From: Paraspadella gotoi
Taxonomy: Eukaryota > Animalia > Chaetognatha
Reading direction: 5' to 3'
Assembly (NCBI GenBank): GCA_051294375.1
Contig: CM119271.1
Location: 7,131,632 to 7,195,631 of the forward strand
DNA length: 64,000 nucleotides
The stretch's first letter is position 1. Each line of letters starts with the position of its first letter. Below are positions 60,020 through 64,000 of this stretch, piece by piece. The position numbers were made by a program, and so were the translations under genes. Under the pieces are notes generated by a model, which searched no databases, was not told where the DNA came from, and saw nothing but the letters and a program-made list of their open reading frames with translations.

Positions 60020-63000
60020 TTATTCTCTAAAATTCAGTCCCATCAAAGCTCTGGCTTGTAAATCTTCATCCATAAAATTTTGTTGCAAGATAATCATTTC
60101 CCTGGCTCTTCTATCTTCTTCTACCAAAGCAGGATCTATCGCATCGATCAGAATTGCTTCGGCACCAACATCTGCGACGCCTTCGTTGGCGACCTCACGG
60201 CCTCCCACGGCGCCTTCTTCAATCACTATGTCCTCTAACCCGATGCTGCCGTGAACCTGGATCAAATGATCGTAGATGTTCTCTCTCTTAAATTCTTGGC
60301 GACATACGTAGCACCAATGAGTTCGGCAAACGGGACACTCGATATGATTACAGCCATAGGCTTTGACGGTTGGTGCTTCACATCCGGGGCACTTGGGAAC
60401 GTTGGGAGCGCCGATTGCCGACAATCGACACGCTTCGCATATAAAATTGTCATTTTCCGTGAAGGGCATGACGTCGTCGCCGCAACTTTTGTCCCCGATC
60501 TCTGCGACCTTGGAACAACCCTTGCACCACCCGTAGTACAATTTCGGCGAGAGTCTTGCGATAAGTTTTCCCAAATGTTCACCCCTGACGAGCGCCTTGG
60601 CTGCCGGGTTGTACCGTTCGATCGTCGACCTCGTCGGAATCTGCTTGCAAAAGGCGCACGTCAGCCTCGTCGTCAAAACGAGCTTGCCGGGCTGCAGGTT
60701 GCCGTACCAAGATCGCAAGCAATCCGCGCAGGCACGGTTCCTGCATTTTCCGCAGGCGCTTTGCAGGAAGCGAACCTCCTTGTCTTCGAAACAAAAGAAG
60801 CAAGGCGCCGCCAAATCGCCAGAGGTTACGTCCTCGACTATTTTCTTTATGACCTCTTCGGCGTTGACACATATCCTGCCGTTCACTCGAATTATTTTCG
60901 AATCGATGAAATGATTTTTACTAATTTTTGTGGAGACGAAAATCCAATTCGACTGTTCGGTGTACAGTTTTAAGTTTTTAATTATCGGCGAAGAGAAAAT
61001 GACTTTGGTCGCCGGAGGGACGAAACCGAAATGGACCAAGAGTTTGGGGTTTTCCGAAACCGCTTTAAAAAGATTAAACTCGAGCGTCTCGAAAGCTCTG
61101 CCCGGCGTTTTTTGGCAAATGAAACACGTCCAAGGTTCGGTCGGGGAAATACCTAACTTTTTCCTCAAATCGCAGTGATCAATGTACTTGTTGAAGCATC
61201 TCACGCACTGAATAAATTTAGCCTTTCTGAGACCGAATCGACAATTGTGACACTTGGGTTCCACTTTTAAGTCTTTTATCGTGATGACCTCGTAGATGAG
61301 TCCGCATGTCCGACACGTAGCCATGTGTGACATCTCTTCCGGCGCGGAGGAGGGCTTCGGCACATACCTTCCAAACGCCTGGGGGTTTTCCCTCATGCTC
61401 CGACACACGCCGCAAACGTCGCCGTCCACGGTGAGCGTAAAGGATCGAAAATAATGGCAATGGACGCATTTGATTTTGTAATCCGGCCAAACGTAGGACA
61501 CGGAAGGTTGAACCGCGAAAGAACCGGAATATTCCATCCTTGAGGCTCGACGCAAGCGGGAGACTCGGTGCAGGATGTCAAAGACACTGGCCTCGCGCTC
61601 CGTCAGGAAATCTTTGATTCTGAACAGAAGTTTGACGGATTCTTCGGCCATGACCTCGGGAATGTTGTAAACGTCATCCAGATAAAGCCACCTGCCCTTT
61701 CGCCGAGTCAAGAACTCGGCGGCTCGATCGGCCAGCAACGCGTTTCCCGTCAAAACGCAGAGGGCAGCCATGTACATCGTAGGCCGCAACGAAAACTTCA
61801 TGCCCGGCGACAGCAGATGCGGGAGATAGGAAAAGAGATTTTCGTCGCTCAACCCCAGAGGCAGGTGCAAGGGAACCTCGCCCTTTTGGGGCAGATCCCG
61901 CAAACGTCCGTCGAAGCGCTGCAGGTGTGCTAGATAGTTCTGAACGACGGCCATGGCGGCGGACGTGGGATTTCGGGCGATGGATCGAAGCTCTTCGGTG
62001 CCGACCTGATTGGTGGCGGCGGCGGCGCTGTCGTAGCAGAGGCAAGGGATTTGTCGAGGGTGATCCAGGATAACTTTCGTGATCTCTTCGGATTCGTTGT
62101 AGGATTCGGTCAGCCAATCTTTCAGCTGAGATTTGTTGATCGGATCCAACCTCTCAGTAGCTTGCATCAGTCGGTCCCTGAGCTTTTGCAGTCTGCTGTC
62201 CGAGCGTCGACGGCAGCAGAGGCGCCAAAGTTTTCCCAGAATCGGGTTGTACGTGAGAGCCATGACGTTGTCGACGGTGAACATCTTGCCGAGTTCGTTG
62301 AAGACGACGTCGACAAAAAATTCGTCCTCTCTGAATCGGAGGATCAGGTCTTCGACGTCGAAGAGATGAGCGATGCCCTCCAGCTTTTCAAAGCGAAACG
62401 GAATCAGGTTGAACTGCCCGTAACGTTTTTCGGGAAACCCTCCGCGGATCGTCTCGTCGACGATCCTCTCCAGCCGCTCCTCCTTCCTGTCTACTTCCGC
62501 CTTGGTGTACTCTTCGTCGTAAGCGAATTCTTCCCCCAGCAGATGCATCAACAAGCCGACGGTGCCCCTAGTTATGTTGAAGGTCGAGGTGTTCGTCACC
62601 ATGACCAATTCGCCGAGAAAAGAGTAGCAAAGTTTAGCCAGTTGGTCTCCTTTAGAAGTGAGAAAAGTGTAGACGGGGATTTTCCTCCGTCGAAAGTATT
62701 TGCAGATGGCCATCCAGTCGTAGCCGGGGGTCACTCCGTCAAGACGCCGGATTGAGTCTCGACGGTTGTCGCGATGACTGGGACTCTGCTCGTGGTGCGG
62801 GCAGGTGTCCGTGTAGTGAATGACCACGGACTGGCTCGTGTCGCCGTCTTTGCGGATCGAGTCGTCGATGAGGCGCAACACCTCGTGGAGACCCGACTTG
62901 GCGGCTTCCGGGGTGTCGAGGTTGCCAGTCGGTTTAAGCTTATCCACGAATCTGAGGAGAAGTTGGCAGAAAGAAAAAAAAAATTTGTAAATTAAACAAA

Positions 63001-63982
63001 TGGTTCTGAACTTTTTTTTTTTCATAGTACGGCTTTAGTGAAAGCATTGAAGAGTCCCACTTATATTATCATGTTGTAAGCTTGTCCAGTATTGGGAACA
63101 AGGTAAGTTATTTATTGAACGAATGGATAATTTGATGCGTAACCATAAAGGGAGAAATTGATTCTTGTTTGAAAAAAAAAAGAAAAAAGAATTATGCTTA
63201 TTTTATAGAAAGAGCTGGAAAAAAAAACACCACCTTAAAAGATCCTCCTCCATGCATTCAAATCCGGCCATCTGAACCAGCCTTGGCCCGAGATTGTGGT
63301 CAGTGTAAGCGACGACGGCGATGCGGGCTTTGTTGCCCGGAAATAAAAGTCGGATGATGGAGAACAGCTGCGAACAATCGTCGAATATTTTAAGAAAATC
63401 TTTAATCAAAATTTAACATTTAAAAAAAAAAATTAATAGATTTGTCCGAATGCGAGAAACATCTCGCTTTGTAATTTGCCAGTGCAAAAAGGGATCTAAA
63501 TTTACCAACAAAAAAAAAGATTTTCTTTAACAACAACAACAACAACAAAACTTTAATGGCCCATCTTTACACATTCAAGATCGAAACGATAACAACAACA
63601 ATACAACCCACCACATTATGAACCGTATTAAGTCTTTGCGAATATCATGTTTCAACCATAACAACAACGACAACGAATCACCTGCTTCATAGTGTGAGCG
63701 AGCGAGCGCACGGCCGTTCCCATCGACCCCGTGCTGTCGATGAGAAAGATGAAATCGACCCGGGAAATCTCTCGAGGACCCTCTTCTTGGATCGCTGTCG
63801 CAGCTCCTGCGGCGCCGCCCACCGTTCCCGCTCCATCCGCCACGGCGGTCGCGCTCATCGCGCGAAAGCGTTCGTTCATGGTTTCGGCGGTCGGGTCGCG
63901 CGCCACGATCCTTTCCGGCGAATTCCGTCGAGGCGTCGTCTCGGCGCGGACGACCGTATCGAGGGGCGACGACTTTGAACGT
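60020..63982 (-). CDS. vWA-domain protein with Cys-rich Zn-binding region and C-terminal RING/IBR (RBR-like) module; 5' end probably outside the window
   Basis: Exons ~63982-63682, 63367-63234 and 62951-60020, phase-consistent. vWA motifs DFIFLIDSTGSM, IAVVAYTDH, GNLDTPEA and VVIHYTD; RING-like CFFC..CGKC...C..C...CAFC; RING2-like KCPGCEAPTVKAYGCNHIECPVCRTHWCYVC. Confidence 0.85.
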
Positions 63983-64000
63983 CTTTTGAAAGGGAAGGGA

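Noticed and set aside
60251-62995. Plus-strand ORFs of up to 240 aa
   Set aside because: Antisense shadows of the GC-rich vWA-RBR exon, with no recognisable motifs.

Overview
AT-rich, intron-containing animal genomic DNA from a draft assembly with N-gaps, indel-rich stretches and locally duplicated or inverted segments. I cannot identify the species from this window. The main structure is a ~42-kb immunoglobulin-superfamily receptor locus (~16.7-58.7 kb, + strand) organised like a clustered-protocadherin or sDscam locus. About 33 distinct tandem alternative FIRST exons each encode ATG + signal peptide + the N-terminal half of an Ig V domain, and all but one degenerate copy end in a phase-2 Arg donor. 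Most are preceded by a conserved, fixed-spacing promoter-like motif. They share one set of ~18 constant exons that complete the V domain and add three further Ig-like domains, a TM helix and a cytoplasmic tail with a canonical EF-hand loop. The two constant exons that complete the V domain lie on the minus strand of an apparently mis-oriented 1.4-kb segment. The locus is flanked by an espin-like actin-bundling gene on the left and a vWA + RING/IBR-like gene on the right. The array carries a Tc1/mariner-type element, a Penelope-like retroelement with minimal hammerhead motifs, a small TIR element, and a tRNA-headed repeat containing a type-P5 twister-ribozyme fold. All translations, splice phases and folds were worked out by eye; no searches were run.
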